DNA from: an uncultured delta proteobacterium
GTDB taxonomy: Bacteria; Desulfobacterota; Binatia; Binatales; Binataceae
NCBI GenBank assembly: GCA_963808235.1
Contig: CAWEEQ010000004.1
Coordinates: 352,001 to 416,000, forward strand
Direction: 5' to 3'
Length of the DNA: 64,000 nt
In this document: positions 39,605 to 49,051 of the stretch, piece after piece
Layout: each line of letters opens with the position of its first letter
Position numbering within the stretch: position 1 is the stretch's first letter
Program-made: the position numbers and the translations under genes
Notes under the pieces: model-generated
Told to the model about the DNA's origin: nothing
Database searches by the model: none
What the model saw: only the letters and a program-made list of their open reading frames with translations

Positions 39605-40405
39605 TCAAGCACCCCTACGTTTGGTTGATTTTCCCTTCGATTTGTCAGGCAAAGAGTTCACGGGAATCAACTCGTAGAGCGAAACGTGAAGCCCGCTCGC
39701 CGCGTCGAACAGTTCACGATTCCATCCCGAATATCGCGCGCGCAAGCGCATTCCGGCAAGGCGCGCCATCAGGTCGAGCTCGGCGGGAAACGCGTAGCGA
39801 ATCTTCAGCGGATATATGTCGATGCCGTTTTTGCCAATCAGGACATGAGCGGCGCGCGTGGTCTGCGTCGCGCGATCATGCATCGCGGTGTCGAGCTTGA
39901 CGCGATCGTTCTCGATTGACGAGACCGATACGCGCTGGCCGCGGTCGAAGAGCGCCTGGTCGGGGACGAACGCCTCGATGACAAAAACGCCGTCGTCGGT
40001 GAGATGACGCGCGACCCGCGAGAAGCATCGGAGCTGCTCATCCTGACTGTTCAGCATGAACAAGGTGTTGAAGATTACGTAAATGAGAGAGAATTTCCCG
40101 CCGATTTTCACATCGGCGAAGTCGCCGATCTCGACTGCGATCGCTTCGCCACCGGGCTTGGCGCGCATCTTTTTGGCCATCTTTGGCGACGCTTCGATTC
40201 CGAAAACCTTGAATCCGCGCGCCGCCAGCGGTATCGCGACACGTCCGGTACCTACTCCGAGCTCGAGGACTCGGCGCTTGCCCGCGACCGAGGCGAGAAA
40301 TTGGACAGCCTGCGCGGCTGACGTGGTCGGAGCCGTGATCTCGTCGTAAACGTCGGCGATTCGATCGCCGTAAGTGGACGAGTCGTACTCGGGCACGCGG
40401 GTCAC
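39605..40405 (-). CDS. Class I SAM-dependent methyltransferase
   Basis: VLELGVGTGRVA. Confidence 0.9.
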   Translation of the reverse strand: MTRVPEYDSSTYGDRIADVYDEITAPTTSAAQAVQFLASVAGKRRVLELGVGTGRVAIPLAARGFKVFGIEASPKMAKKMRAKPGGEAIAVEIGDFADVKIGGKFSLIYVIFNTLFMLNSQDEQLRCFSRVARHLTDDGVFVIEAFVPDQALFDRGQRVSVSSIENDRVKLDTAMHDRATQTTRAAHVLIGKNGIDIYPLKIRYAFPAELDLMARLAGMRLRARYSGWNRELFDAASGLHVSLYELIPVNSLPDKSKGKSTKRRGA

Positions 40406-40803
40406 TTCACGGCCGCGATCGCTTCCATCTCGACCATCAGGCCGTCGACCGCAAGCGAGGTCACGCCGACCAGCGTCGAGGCGGGCGGCTCTCCGTCGGG
40501 AAACAGCTCGCCGCGCGCCTCGCGCATCGCGGAATAGTCAGACTGCTTGTAGTTAACGATGTAGGTATTCGTTTTGACTATGTCGGCGGGAGTGGCGCCG
40601 GCGGACGCGAGCGCGAGTTTCAAATTCGACGCGGCCTGCCGAATCTGGGCTTTGAGATCGCCCGGGCCGACCAGCTTGCCCTCTTTGTCGATCGAGACCT
40701 GTCCCGAGATGAAAATCAGTTTAGCCGGGCCGGCGATCGTCACGATATGCGTATAGCCGCGCGGGGTGAGCAGGGTGTCGGGGTTGATGTATTTTTTATC
40801 CAT
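40402..40803 (-). CDS. RidA/YjgF-family protein
   Basis: FISGQV, PASTLVGV, VEMEAIA. Confidence 0.9.
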   Translation of the reverse strand: MDKKYINPDTLLTPRGYTHIVTIAGPAKLIFISGQVSIDKEGKLVGPGDLKAQIRQAASNLKLALASAGATPADIVKTNTYIVNYKQSDYSAMREARGELFPDGEPPASTLVGVTSLAVDGLMVEMEAIAAVK

Positions 40804-40852
40804 TGTATTTTCCCTCGCTGGAATTTTTCCTGTCGAAAGTCGTAAACAGAAA

Positions 40853-41191
40853 TCAAGGTTTCGCGGCGCCGTATTGAAGCACCTGGACCTTCTCGACCGT
40901 GATTAGCCCCGAGCCCATCATCTTGTCGAGGATCGGGATGAACGCGTCGATCTTTTCCTGGCTGTCGACTATTTCGATCACCATCGGCAGATCTTCCGAC
41001 AGGCGCAGGATCTTTGCGGAGTGGAGATGACTCGATTTGCCGAAGCCCATCGGGCCGCGCAGCACGGTTGCGCCGCCCATATTGAGCTCGCGGGCCTTGA
41101 GAACGATCGCTTCGTAGAGAGGCTTGTGATCGAATCGTTCACTTTCGCCGATGAAAATTCGGAGCAACACCGCATCGCGTGGAATTTGCAT
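40853..41191 (-). CDS. DUF190 (PII-like) protein
   Basis: LRIFIGESE...GGATVLRGPMGFG...LSEDLP; usual neighbour of crcB. Confidence 0.88.
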   Translation of the reverse strand: MQIPRDAVLLRIFIGESERFDHKPLYEAIVLKARELNMGGATVLRGPMGFGKSSHLHSAKILRLSEDLPMVIEIVDSQEKIDAFIPILDKMMGSGLITVEKVQVLQYGAAKP

Positions 41192-41193
41192 AA

Positions 41194-41586
41194 CTAAACT
41201 CCCCGATTGAGTATCGTCGCGACCACGAATCCGAGCCACACTGAGAGAAGGCAAAGCAGAACCGAGCCGCCGGCGTTGGCGGCGGCGGGGACCCATTCAC
41301 CGGCACGCATCAGGTATAGCGTCTCGAGGGAGAAACTGGAGAACGTCGTGTACCCGCCGCAAATGCCGACCATGACGAACTGGCGGGCGGGAGTTCCGAC
41401 CAGCAGGCGTCCGTCGGGGCCGGTCAGGGTCGCGAAGAATCCGATCACCAGGCATCCGCTGATGTTCACGAGCATCGTGCCGTAGGGAAAGGTGCCGCCG
41501 GTGAGAGTGGTGATAACGCCGGAAACAAAGTAGCGGCCCATGCCGCCGAGCGCGCTGCCAATCGCAATCAGGAAATACGCAAGCAA
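41194..41586 (-). CDS. crcB: Fluoride efflux channel Fluc/CrcB
   Basis: GSALGGMGRY, FPYGT..VN, GICGGYTTFSSF. Confidence 0.93.
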   Translation of the reverse strand: MLAYFLIAIGSALGGMGRYFVSGVITTLTGGTFPYGTMLVNISGCLVIGFFATLTGPDGRLLVGTPARQFVMVGICGGYTTFSSFSLETLYLMRAGEWVPAAANAGGSVLLCLLSVWLGFVVATILNRGV

Positions 41587-41629
41587 CCGGGACCTCCGAT
41601 CAGTTCAACGGCGCGACGCCGACGCGCGA

Positions 41630-42550
41630 TCACGCGATGCCCAAGTCGACGAGTCCGTTGACCAGCAAATGAAGATAGATGAGACCGCCGTAAGGATGCC
41701 ACCGGTCGGTGAGTCGGCGGACGCCTTGGTAGTCGGGCGCGCTGGTCTCGCCGAGGAATTCGTAGAGCTTGTTGCGGCCGCCAACGTCGTCGCCGGGGAA
41801 GACGTTGATGCGGCCGAAGCCACGCAGGAGCACATACTCGGCGGTCCATCGTCCGACCCCGCGAATCTCGGAAAGACGCGCGATCGCGGCCTCGTCGTCG
41901 AGCGCATCGATAGAACTGAAGTCGCGATCTTTCGGACTGGATGCGAGACGCGCGAGTGCGATCAAATATTCGCCTTTCTGGCGGCTGAGCCCGAGCGCCC
42001 GGAGAGCGTCGGGGTCTGCGTGCGCTATCGCGGCGGCGGGCGCGAACGATCGCATCGTGACGCCAGTTGAAGACATCTTTTTTCCGAATGCCTCCGTGAG
42101 CCGGTTCAGCACGTGCATCCCCGCGCTCAGCGAGACGAGCTGGCACGCGACCGCATTCGCGAACGCCTCGAAAGCGGTCGGGTAGCGCACCGGTTTCATC
42201 CCGCGCAAACGCTCGGCGAGCGGACGTAGCGCAACGTCCTCACGCGCGAGGCGATAGAAGCCCGAGAGATCGCGCTCGAGCCCCAGTATGCGCGTGACGG
42301 AAGCGGCGGCCTCGTCTTTGACATCGCGCGGCCGCGCCGCTGACATCCGCACTTCGATCTCGGGACGGACGCCGCTACGAGTTTGTGTGATCGCCAATCC
42401 GACCGGCGAGCGGCCGATCATCAGCACTCGACGCCAGACTCCGTCGTCAAAGAGGTCGACTTTGTTGTGCGGGCGGCGTCGGAGCGCCCACACCGTCAAG
42501 TCGAGTCTGAATGGCGGACGCGGCCGAAGGGTGAACGTGATCTCTGGCAC
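41630..42550 (-). CDS. alkA: DNA-3-methyladenine glycosylase II (AlkA-like)
   Basis: QLVSL, GLSRQKG, HhH RGVGRWTAEY, FPGDDVG. Confidence 0.85.
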   Translation of the reverse strand: MPEITFTLRPRPPFRLDLTVWALRRRPHNKVDLFDDGVWRRVLMIGRSPVGLAITQTRSGVRPEIEVRMSAARPRDVKDEAAASVTRILGLERDLSGFYRLAREDVALRPLAERLRGMKPVRYPTAFEAFANAVACQLVSLSAGMHVLNRLTEAFGKKMSSTGVTMRSFAPAAAIAHADPDALRALGLSRQKGEYLIALARLASSPKDRDFSSIDALDDEAAIARLSEIRGVGRWTAEYVLLRGFGRINVFPGDDVGGRNKLYEFLGETSAPDYQGVRRLTDRWHPYGGLIYLHLLVNGLVDLGIA

Positions 42551-42571
42551 TGAACGACGGCGGGCGTCTTG

Positions 42572-42841
42572 CTACTCGATATCGCTGTCGGGAATCTTCT
42601 TCTGCGACGAGGCCGTAGACTTGGTGCTCTGCGTGCTCGATGCGGTGGCAGTGGTCTTTTTGGTCTGCCCGCTCGATGCGGTTGCCGTCGGCTGATCCTT
42701 TTTGTGCTCGTATTTGTAGCCTTCGTAGGCGGCACTCCCGGCGCTACTTGCAATCATCAAGGGGCATCCGGTGGATACCAGCGCGGCGACAATCAGCGCG
42801 ACTGTTCGAACTGATCGGAAAATCAGGGTACATCTCGGCAT
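42572..42841 (-). CDS. Small lipoprotein
   Basis: Hydrophobic signal with STGC lipobox; S/T/K-rich tail. Confidence 0.6.
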   Translation of the reverse strand: MPRCTLIFRSVRTVALIVAALVSTGCPLMIASSAGSAAYEGYKYEHKKDQPTATASSGQTKKTTATASSTQSTKSTASSQKKIPDSDIE

Positions 42842-42856
42842 ACCTTCTATTGTACA

Positions 42857-43873
42857 TCAATCGCCGTCATCGACGCCGACGTGACGCTCGAGCGCGCGCA
42901 TCCGCCGTATCAGTTCGGGCAGTCGCGTAATCACCGCCGAGTAGCGGCGCCACTGGCGAATTTCCACGGCGGGGCTGCCGCCGACCACAACGTCGTCTTT
43001 CAAATCGTTGTGGATGCCGGACTTTGCCGCGACCATCACGCGGTCGCCGATCTTCGCATGATCGGCGCATCCGGATTGTCCGCCGAACTGGCACCATTTG
43101 CCGATTTTCACTGAGCCGGCGATTCCGACCTGCGCCGCAAATCGCGAGAACTCGCCGATCTCGCATCCGTGGCCGATATGGACATGGTCATCGAGCTTGA
43201 CGCCTCGATGCAAGATGGTTGCGCCCATCATCGCGCGATCGACGGTCGAGTTCGCGCCGATTTCGACGTCGTCTTCGAGCGTTACTCCTCCAACTTGCGG
43301 AATCTTGACCAGGCCGCCGTTTTGCTCGACGAAGCCAAAGCCGTCGGCGCCAATCACTGCGCCGTTGAGCACCGTCACGCGGTTGCCGATGCTCGAGCCT
43401 TCGCGAATCGAAGCATGGCTGTGTGCGGTGAAGCGATCGCCGATGGTAACGTTCGGATAAATGGTGACGTGCGGATGAACGACCGCGTCCCGGCCGATCC
43501 TAACACCGGCGCCGATCACTGCGTACGCGCCGATCGACGCGTTCTCCCCGATTTGTGCATCGGGCGCGACGAGGGCGGTCCGATCCGTTCCGGGGGCGGG
43601 ACGATAGGGTGGAAAAAAGATTTCCAGCGCGCGCGCGAAGTCGGCGTATGGGTTGGCGCTGATAAGCGTCGGACACTTTGCGCGCCCGGCGAGCTCACGG
43701 GTGGTGATCGCGGCCGACACGCTCGAAGCCAGGGCGGCTGCGTACTTTTCGCCGGCGACAAAGATGATCATTCCGGGACCGGCGGCCTCGACGGGCGCGG
43801 GCGCAAAAATTTCGACGCCGCCATCGCCGCGCAATTCCAGACCGAGCTTCGACGCAAGTTCGTTTAGTTTCAT
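42857..43873 (-). CDS. lpxD: UDP-3-O-acyl-glucosamine N-acyltransferase
   Basis: NPYADFA, IGADGFG, KIPQVGGV, IGANSTVDR, hexapeptide repeats. Confidence 0.95.
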   Translation of the reverse strand: MKLNELASKLGLELRGDGGVEIFAPAPVEAAGPGMIIFVAGEKYAAALASSVSAAITTRELAGRAKCPTLISANPYADFARALEIFFPPYRPAPGTDRTALVAPDAQIGENASIGAYAVIGAGVRIGRDAVVHPHVTIYPNVTIGDRFTAHSHASIREGSSIGNRVTVLNGAVIGADGFGFVEQNGGLVKIPQVGGVTLEDDVEIGANSTVDRAMMGATILHRGVKLDDHVHIGHGCEIGEFSRFAAQVGIAGSVKIGKWCQFGGQSGCADHAKIGDRVMVAAKSGIHNDLKDDVVVGGSPAVEIRQWRRYSAVITRLPELIRRMRALERHVGVDDGD

Positions 43874-43912
43874 TCGCGTGCCTTTGGGTTGCGGCGTGAC
43901 GTGCTTCAGTCC

Positions 43913-45037
43913 TTATGTTGCGCTGCGCGAGAGCATGAGCGCGTCGAGCAGTTCCGGGGGATTCACCTGGTTGAGGCAATTGTAATGTCCGAAGCGGCAG
44001 GTGCGCGCCAGACATGGGCTGCATTCGAGTTTGTGGTAGATGACGCGTGTCTTCGAGCCGAGCGGGCGGGTTCGATCGGGATTGGTCGATCCGAAAATCA
44101 CTACTGTTGGAAGCTCCAATGCTCCCGCAATATGCGCGCATCCCGAATCGTTCCCGATGAATCCGTCGCACAACGACAGCAGTGCGATCAGCTCGCCGAT
44201 ATTGGTGGCGCCGGCGGCGACGATCGCGCCGGATTTGCTCATGGCAACTACTTCGTCGCACTTTGCGCGCTCGGACGGCGCGCCGACCAGGCAGACCTCA
44301 GCATCGTCGCGTTGTGCGATCAGATCGATGAGCGCGGCGTAGCGCGCGGCGGGCCATTCCTTGGCCGGGCCGTAAGCGGCAGCCGGAGCGATCGCGAAGA
44401 TTGGCGACTCGACCCGTCTGCGATTTGCGGCCAGCCACTTGAGCATCCGTTCGCGATTCGGTACGTGCACGTCTAGCTTGATCGCGAAATCGCCATCTTC
44501 AGTCCCGCTGGTGACACCCGTCTCGCGAAGCATCGATAGCCAATAATTTACCTGGTGACGCTCCAACGACTCGGGTGGCGGCGATGCTTTGAGCGTCAGC
44601 AATGCGCCGCGCGCGTCAGCGACAAATCCGGCGCGTCGCTTGATCCCCGCCATCGCAATCCATAGCGCGGATTCGAAACTGTTCGGAAAGAGCACCCCCA
44701 AGTCGAATTTTCGCCGACGGATTTCGGCGACGATTCTGCGCCGGTCCATGAAGCCGGAGAGTCCCCGTCCGACCGAGTAGGGGATCACTTCATCGAGCCA
44801 GGACGCACCGTCGAAGAAGCTGGCAAGCTCTTTTTTGATCAGCACCGCAAGATGCGCGTCGGGCCACGACCGGCGGATTGCGCGAAGCGCGGGGAGACTC
44901 ATCACGAGGTCGCCGAGCCAGTTGACCTCTTTGACCAGGATGCGATCCGGCGGCGGATCGAGTGCGAGCGCAGTCCGGTGCGCGTCGGGCGCGTCCGAAT
45001 CCAGCGGACTAAACTGCCGCGTATTTCCCGATTCCAC
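43913..45037 (-). CDS. waaF: LPS heptosyltransferase II (GT9)
   Basis: NWLGDLVM, FPNSFESA, AYGPAKEWP, NDSG.AHIA. Confidence 0.9.
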   Translation of the reverse strand: MESGNTRQFSPLDSDAPDAHRTALALDPPPDRILVKEVNWLGDLVMSLPALRAIRRSWPDAHLAVLIKKELASFFDGASWLDEVIPYSVGRGLSGFMDRRRIVAEIRRRKFDLGVLFPNSFESALWIAMAGIKRRAGFVADARGALLTLKASPPPESLERHQVNYWLSMLRETGVTSGTEDGDFAIKLDVHVPNRERMLKWLAANRRRVESPIFAIAPAAAYGPAKEWPAARYAALIDLIAQRDDAEVCLVGAPSERAKCDEVVAMSKSGAIVAAGATNIGELIALLSLCDGFIGNDSGCAHIAGALELPTVVIFGSTNPDRTRPLGSKTRVIYHKLECSPCLARTCRFGHYNCLNQVNPPELLDALMLSRSAT

Positions 45038-45194
45038 CTTGCGATTCTCCCGGCGCGTCTCGACTTACCGCTCGAAGATTTCATCACGCGCGCGTTGCCA
45101 AATAAACACACCTAATCGCGAAGACGTTTTCCTTTCTCATCAGCAACATTCGTACTAGTATGGGCAAAGGGCCGGGGGAGACCTCGAGGTAAGC

Positions 45195-46874
45195 TTGGTG
45201 CATGGAGAGAAAGACCGGCCTCTGACAAGTATTGCGCTGTTCGCGAGTGCGGCAGTCGCCACAGTGTTCGCAGTCGGGCTGTTCGCGGTAGATAAGAGAC
45301 CGCGCGCGCATCCTTATAGGGTGGGCAGCTTCGTCACGGCACATGCCGTCGCCGAGCGATGGAAGTCGGCGCCGCCGCCGCCCGAGCGCAGTCACGAACA
45401 GCGCGCGGTCGCGATCGCCAAGCTCGCGTCTCAACCCACCGCCGCTGCCTCGCCGCATCCCAGGAACAGGAAAGCAGATGACGCGACGCCGGTTGTCACG
45501 GTTCCGGATCCTCCGGACGAAATTGCGACGACCACCGAGTCAGCCGGCATCTGGAGTGACCAGGGAAGTCCGGCCGGTACCGGCAACGGCAACACGAACG
45601 GCAACGCTTTTATTACGATGGCATCAACCGGAGGGGTTTCACTTCCATTGACGTCGCCAACCGGGACGTCGCCAACCGGCGCGTCTTCGCAAGCTTCGAG
45701 TACAACCCCGGAATCGACGGGCACGGGCGTCAACGCTGCTGCGAGTCCAGGCCCGGCCGCCATTTCGGGGAAGATAGAACACCGCGATGCGACACAGTCG
45801 CATTTCGGATTTGTGCTGCTGGCTGGTGGGCAGGGCGGCGGGAAATTAGCGCTCCCGAGTGCGCAACTCTTTGACCCGATGACGACCGCGTTTGCACCAT
45901 CGACGCCGATGAAAGTGCCGCGCACAGATCACACGGCGACGGTTTTGCAGAGCGGAAAAATATTTGTTGCGGGCGGCGACGACGCTTTGGGCCGCGCGCT
46001 GTCGTCCGCTGAACTTTTCGATCCCGTGAGCGGAGCGTTCTCGCTGGTGGGATCGAAGATGAGCACGGCCCGCGCCGAACATTCGGCGACGCTCATTTCC
46101 GGATGCAATTGCCCTGCGGACGGACAAGTGCTGATCGCAGGCGGTATCGCGAAGAAGCAGGGAGCGTCGACCGCAAGCGCGGAGCTGTACGATCCGGTAA
46201 CCAGCAAGTTTACGCCGACCGGTTCGATGAAGGCTGCTCGTGCGATGCATACGGCGACGCTCATCTCGAGCGGTCCGCTGGCAGGAGAAATACTGATCGC
46301 CGGCGGTATCGACCAGAGTGGCGGTAATCTGTCGTCGGCGGAACTCTACGATCCGGCGTCCGGGCAGTTCACATCCACGGGTGCGATGAGCATTCCGCGC
46401 CAGGGTCATTCTGCGACGTGGCTCGATCCGGGCAATGTAACCGGCGCGCTCGCGGGCCAAGTGCTGATCGCCGGCGGTGGAGATATCCACGCGCCGAGCA
46501 ATGGCGCCGAGGTTTTCAATCCGCAGAATGGAACCTTTGCGCGGGTCGGAGCTATGTCCGATGCGCGGATTTTTCAAGCGGCTGTGCTGCTCTGCAACGG
46601 CCAGGTGCTGGTCGCGGGCGGACAGAGCAGCGAAACAAAATTTCTGACCAGTGCGGAGTTGTTCAATCCGGCGACGGCTTCTTTTTCTCCTACCGGCAGC
46701 ATGACCAACGTCCACGTTGGCGCGAGCGCGACGCTGCTCGAAAGCGGCAGTGTGCTGGTCGCGGGCGGCAAATCGCAGCTCGCCGATCTTTACGATCCTG
46801 CAGTTGGAACTTTTTCAGCGACGGGCAAGATGGTTACCGATCTTGCCGAATCGACGGCGACGTTAATCCGTTAG
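45195..46874 (+). CDS. Membrane-anchored kelch/galactose-oxidase-repeat beta-propeller
   Basis: N-terminal TM, Pro/Thr/Gly-rich linker, repeats of HTAT.L..G.VLIAGG...SAELYDP; start uncertain. Confidence 0.85.
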   Translation: MVHGEKDRPLTSIALFASAAVATVFAVGLFAVDKRPRAHPYRVGSFVTAHAVAERWKSAPPPPERSHEQRAVAIAKLASQPTAAASPHPRNRKADDATPVVTVPDPPDEIATTTESAGIWSDQGSPAGTGNGNTNGNAFITMASTGGVSLPLTSPTGTSPTGASSQASSTTPESTGTGVNAAASPGPAAISGKIEHRDATQSHFGFVLLAGGQGGGKLALPSAQLFDPMTTAFAPSTPMKVPRTDHTATVLQSGKIFVAGGDDALGRALSSAELFDPVSGAFSLVGSKMSTARAEHSATLISGCNCPADGQVLIAGGIAKKQGASTASAELYDPVTSKFTPTGSMKAARAMHTATLISSGPLAGEILIAGGIDQSGGNLSSAELYDPASGQFTSTGAMSIPRQGHSATWLDPGNVTGALAGQVLIAGGGDIHAPSNGAEVFNPQNGTFARVGAMSDARIFQAAVLLCNGQVLVAGGQSSETKFLTSAELFNPATASFSPTGSMTNVHVGASATLLESGSVLVAGGKSQLADLYDPAVGTFSATGKMVTDLAESTATLIR

Positions 46875-46904
46875 AGCAGATCGATCGCGAAGTAACGCGC
46901 GGCG

Positions 46905-47426
46905 CTAATTCTTGAGCGCGGCGATCACGTCATTGACGATCGCGTCGGCCTTTGCGCGCATCTCGGCGTCGGTCGCGTCCTGAATCGGATGGGGCACGAA
47001 AACTCGCCGGACCTCCGGCAATCCCAACGCGTCGGCTTGGCTCTGCGCAGCGTCCACGAAAACGTCGGACGCGATCATCACCGCGGGCTTCTTATTGGTC
47101 TCGAACCAGATTGAGTCGTGCACACTGCACGTTGTGCACGACCCTCAATCGGCCAGCGCTTCGATAACGAAGTCGCTTTCCTCCGCGATGCGGCGGCGCA
47201 GATCGTCGGGCGCCGGTTTGGTGAAAGTTGGTTTACGATAACGCTTGATTTCGACGCCGGGCAGGCGGTCCTGCAGATGTTCGGCGAGCCGATCGATCAG
47301 GACGTTGCCGCGCGGCTTGGCAATATCAAGAAGCGCGATGCGGCCGACGATTGTGTCAGAGCGTGCGGCAAGCGTTCGCCTGATCGGCACGCGCTCGTCG
47401 GTAGGATCGATGATCACCTGTTTCAT
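46905..47426 (-). CDS. UGSC-family selenoprotein (in-frame TGA at 47147-47145)
   Basis: ...EALAD-TGA-GSCTTCSVHD... continues in frame to 46905; ATGA overlap with the upstream gene; 12-bp hairpin right after the TGA. Confidence 0.88.
47113..47144 (-). promoter_or_regulatory. SECIS-like hairpin (UGSC gene)
   Basis: GGGTCGTGCACA-ACGTGCAG-TGTGCACGACTC directly 3' of the TGA. Confidence 0.65.
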
Positions 47427-49027
47427 ATTGCCTCCTCGATTCGCCGGCTGACGCTGGACGAGCCCATCGGTCCCGATACCCATCCTGCGAACACGGCCGA
47501 GAATTTCCCGGCGTCGCCGCCTGCGACAATGATATTGATATTTTCCGGTTTGCGAAACTTCGGAATTTTCTGCGCGAGCTGCTCGGCCGTCGGATTGATC
47601 AGGCCGAGCGTTTTGAGCGTCAAGCCTTCGCCGCTGTCGTCGTCTTGAAGGAGGTCGCGAATCGGCCGCGCCGTCACGTGCTGGATTCGCGCGCGCACAT
47701 CCGCCTTGCTCCATTTGTCGCGCGCAACCGTGTCGGCATGCTCGGGCGAAATGATCAACAAAATCTCGCCGGAGCCGTGCTGCTTGGGATGCCAGCAAGC
47801 CTCCAGTCCCAGCCCGAGACTGCCGACCAGCGCCCGCGCCGTGCGTGAAGTCTGATCGGCAATCTGGCGCGAGCCCGCCTCGAGCCCGAACACGGTCACG
47901 ACGCTCTCCTCTTTCTTGAAGCCGCGCTCGACGTGCAGCGGTTCCCACGGACTGCGTTCCTCCCATTCGGCGAAGCAGGTCGTGAACTTGCCGATCGCGC
48001 CGAGCGTGGACCGCTCTATCTCGCCGGGCCGCGCGCCGCCGATGTTACGCAAGACGAGTTTCACTGCGCGGCCGATGGTCGCGTTGGATCGAGTGCCGTA
48101 ACCGAGCGCCATCATGCCCATGTTCATCGCGAGCCGATGACGAATCGGGCCGTTCACGACAATTACCGGAGTCGCGCCCCAAGTCGTTGCCATGATGCCG
48201 TGAATATTGAACTGATCGGTGCAGACCGCTTCCAGAGCCGCGATCACGACCGGCAGATACTCGGGCCTGCATCCGGCCATCACCGCGTTGACGGCGACTT
48301 TCTCCACCGTCACCGGTGCGAGATTTGGCGGCGCGATCGCAACCAACTCGCGAGGATCGCGCCGGGTGCCGGTCAACATCCACATGACGCGCTCGGGCGT
48401 TGGGGGAACGACGGGCAGTCCATCGGTCAGACCTCGCTCGAACATGAATTCGAAAACGTCTTCCGCGTCGCCAAGCTCGATTCGCCGCGCGGTGAGCTTG
48501 TCGCCGCGCGACTCCGCTTCGAGCCGCTCCGCAATCCCCGGCTCGACCGACTTGGAACCGCATCCGGGCCGCGACTCTGGATACGATTTCCAGTCGATTG
48601 ATGGCGAATCGACGCCGGACAAGCGCGCCAGTTCAGCGAACATCTCGCGCCAATCGTCGCGTCCGAAACCGACAAAGCGGCGCAGCTCAGCGCCGCGCGA
48701 ATCCGCGAGGATTATCGTCGGCACGGTATCGAGTTCGAATGCGAACGAAACCTTGAGCGCCGAGTCGTCGAGCATCGGCACCGTCAAACTGTGACGCTGG
48801 ACCAGCTTTGCGTTGCCTTCGGCGTCCTGGCCGATCGCCAGGACCCCCACCGACAAGCCGAAACTGCTATGCGCCGCTTCGATAAGCGGCATCGTGAGCC
48901 CGCAAGTCGGACAGTCTTCCTTGACGAAGCAGAGCAGCATCGGTCGCGCGGACGGAAACGCATGCGCAATTCCGCTCGAGTCGTGCAGCTCAAACGTCGG
49001 CAGAGAATTTGTGGACACGTCGGCCAT
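47423..49027 (-). CDS. Thioredoxin-like (CPTC) domain fused to a UGSC-associated domain
   Basis: N-terminal KEDCPTC, RPGCGS linker, then TDGLPVVPPT...NAVMAGC.PEY...NATIGRA. Confidence 0.8.
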   Translation of the reverse strand: MADVSTNSLPTFELHDSSGIAHAFPSARPMLLCFVKEDCPTCGLTMPLIEAAHSSFGLSVGVLAIGQDAEGNAKLVQRHSLTVPMLDDSALKVSFAFELDTVPTIILADSRGAELRRFVGFGRDDWREMFAELARLSGVDSPSIDWKSYPESRPGCGSKSVEPGIAERLEAESRGDKLTARRIELGDAEDVFEFMFERGLTDGLPVVPPTPERVMWMLTGTRRDPRELVAIAPPNLAPVTVEKVAVNAVMAGCRPEYLPVVIAALEAVCTDQFNIHGIMATTWGATPVIVVNGPIRHRLAMNMGMMALGYGTRSNATIGRAVKLVLRNIGGARPGEIERSTLGAIGKFTTCFAEWEERSPWEPLHVERGFKKEESVVTVFGLEAGSRQIADQTSRTARALVGSLGLGLEACWHPKQHGSGEILLIISPEHADTVARDKWSKADVRARIQHVTARPIRDLLQDDDSGEGLTLKTLGLINPTAEQLAQKIPKFRKPENINIIVAGGDAGKFSAVFAGWVSGPMGSSSVSRRIEEAI

Positions 49028-49051
49028 CGGTCATGTTACTCAGTCCTCCCG

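Noticed and set aside
41587-41629. Fluoride riboswitch upstream of crcB
   Set aside because: Only 43 nt separate it from alkA and no GGCGATGG-type motif is present
45651-45680. 15-bp tandem repeat
   Set aside because: Two copies encoding TSPTG in a linker; unremarkable
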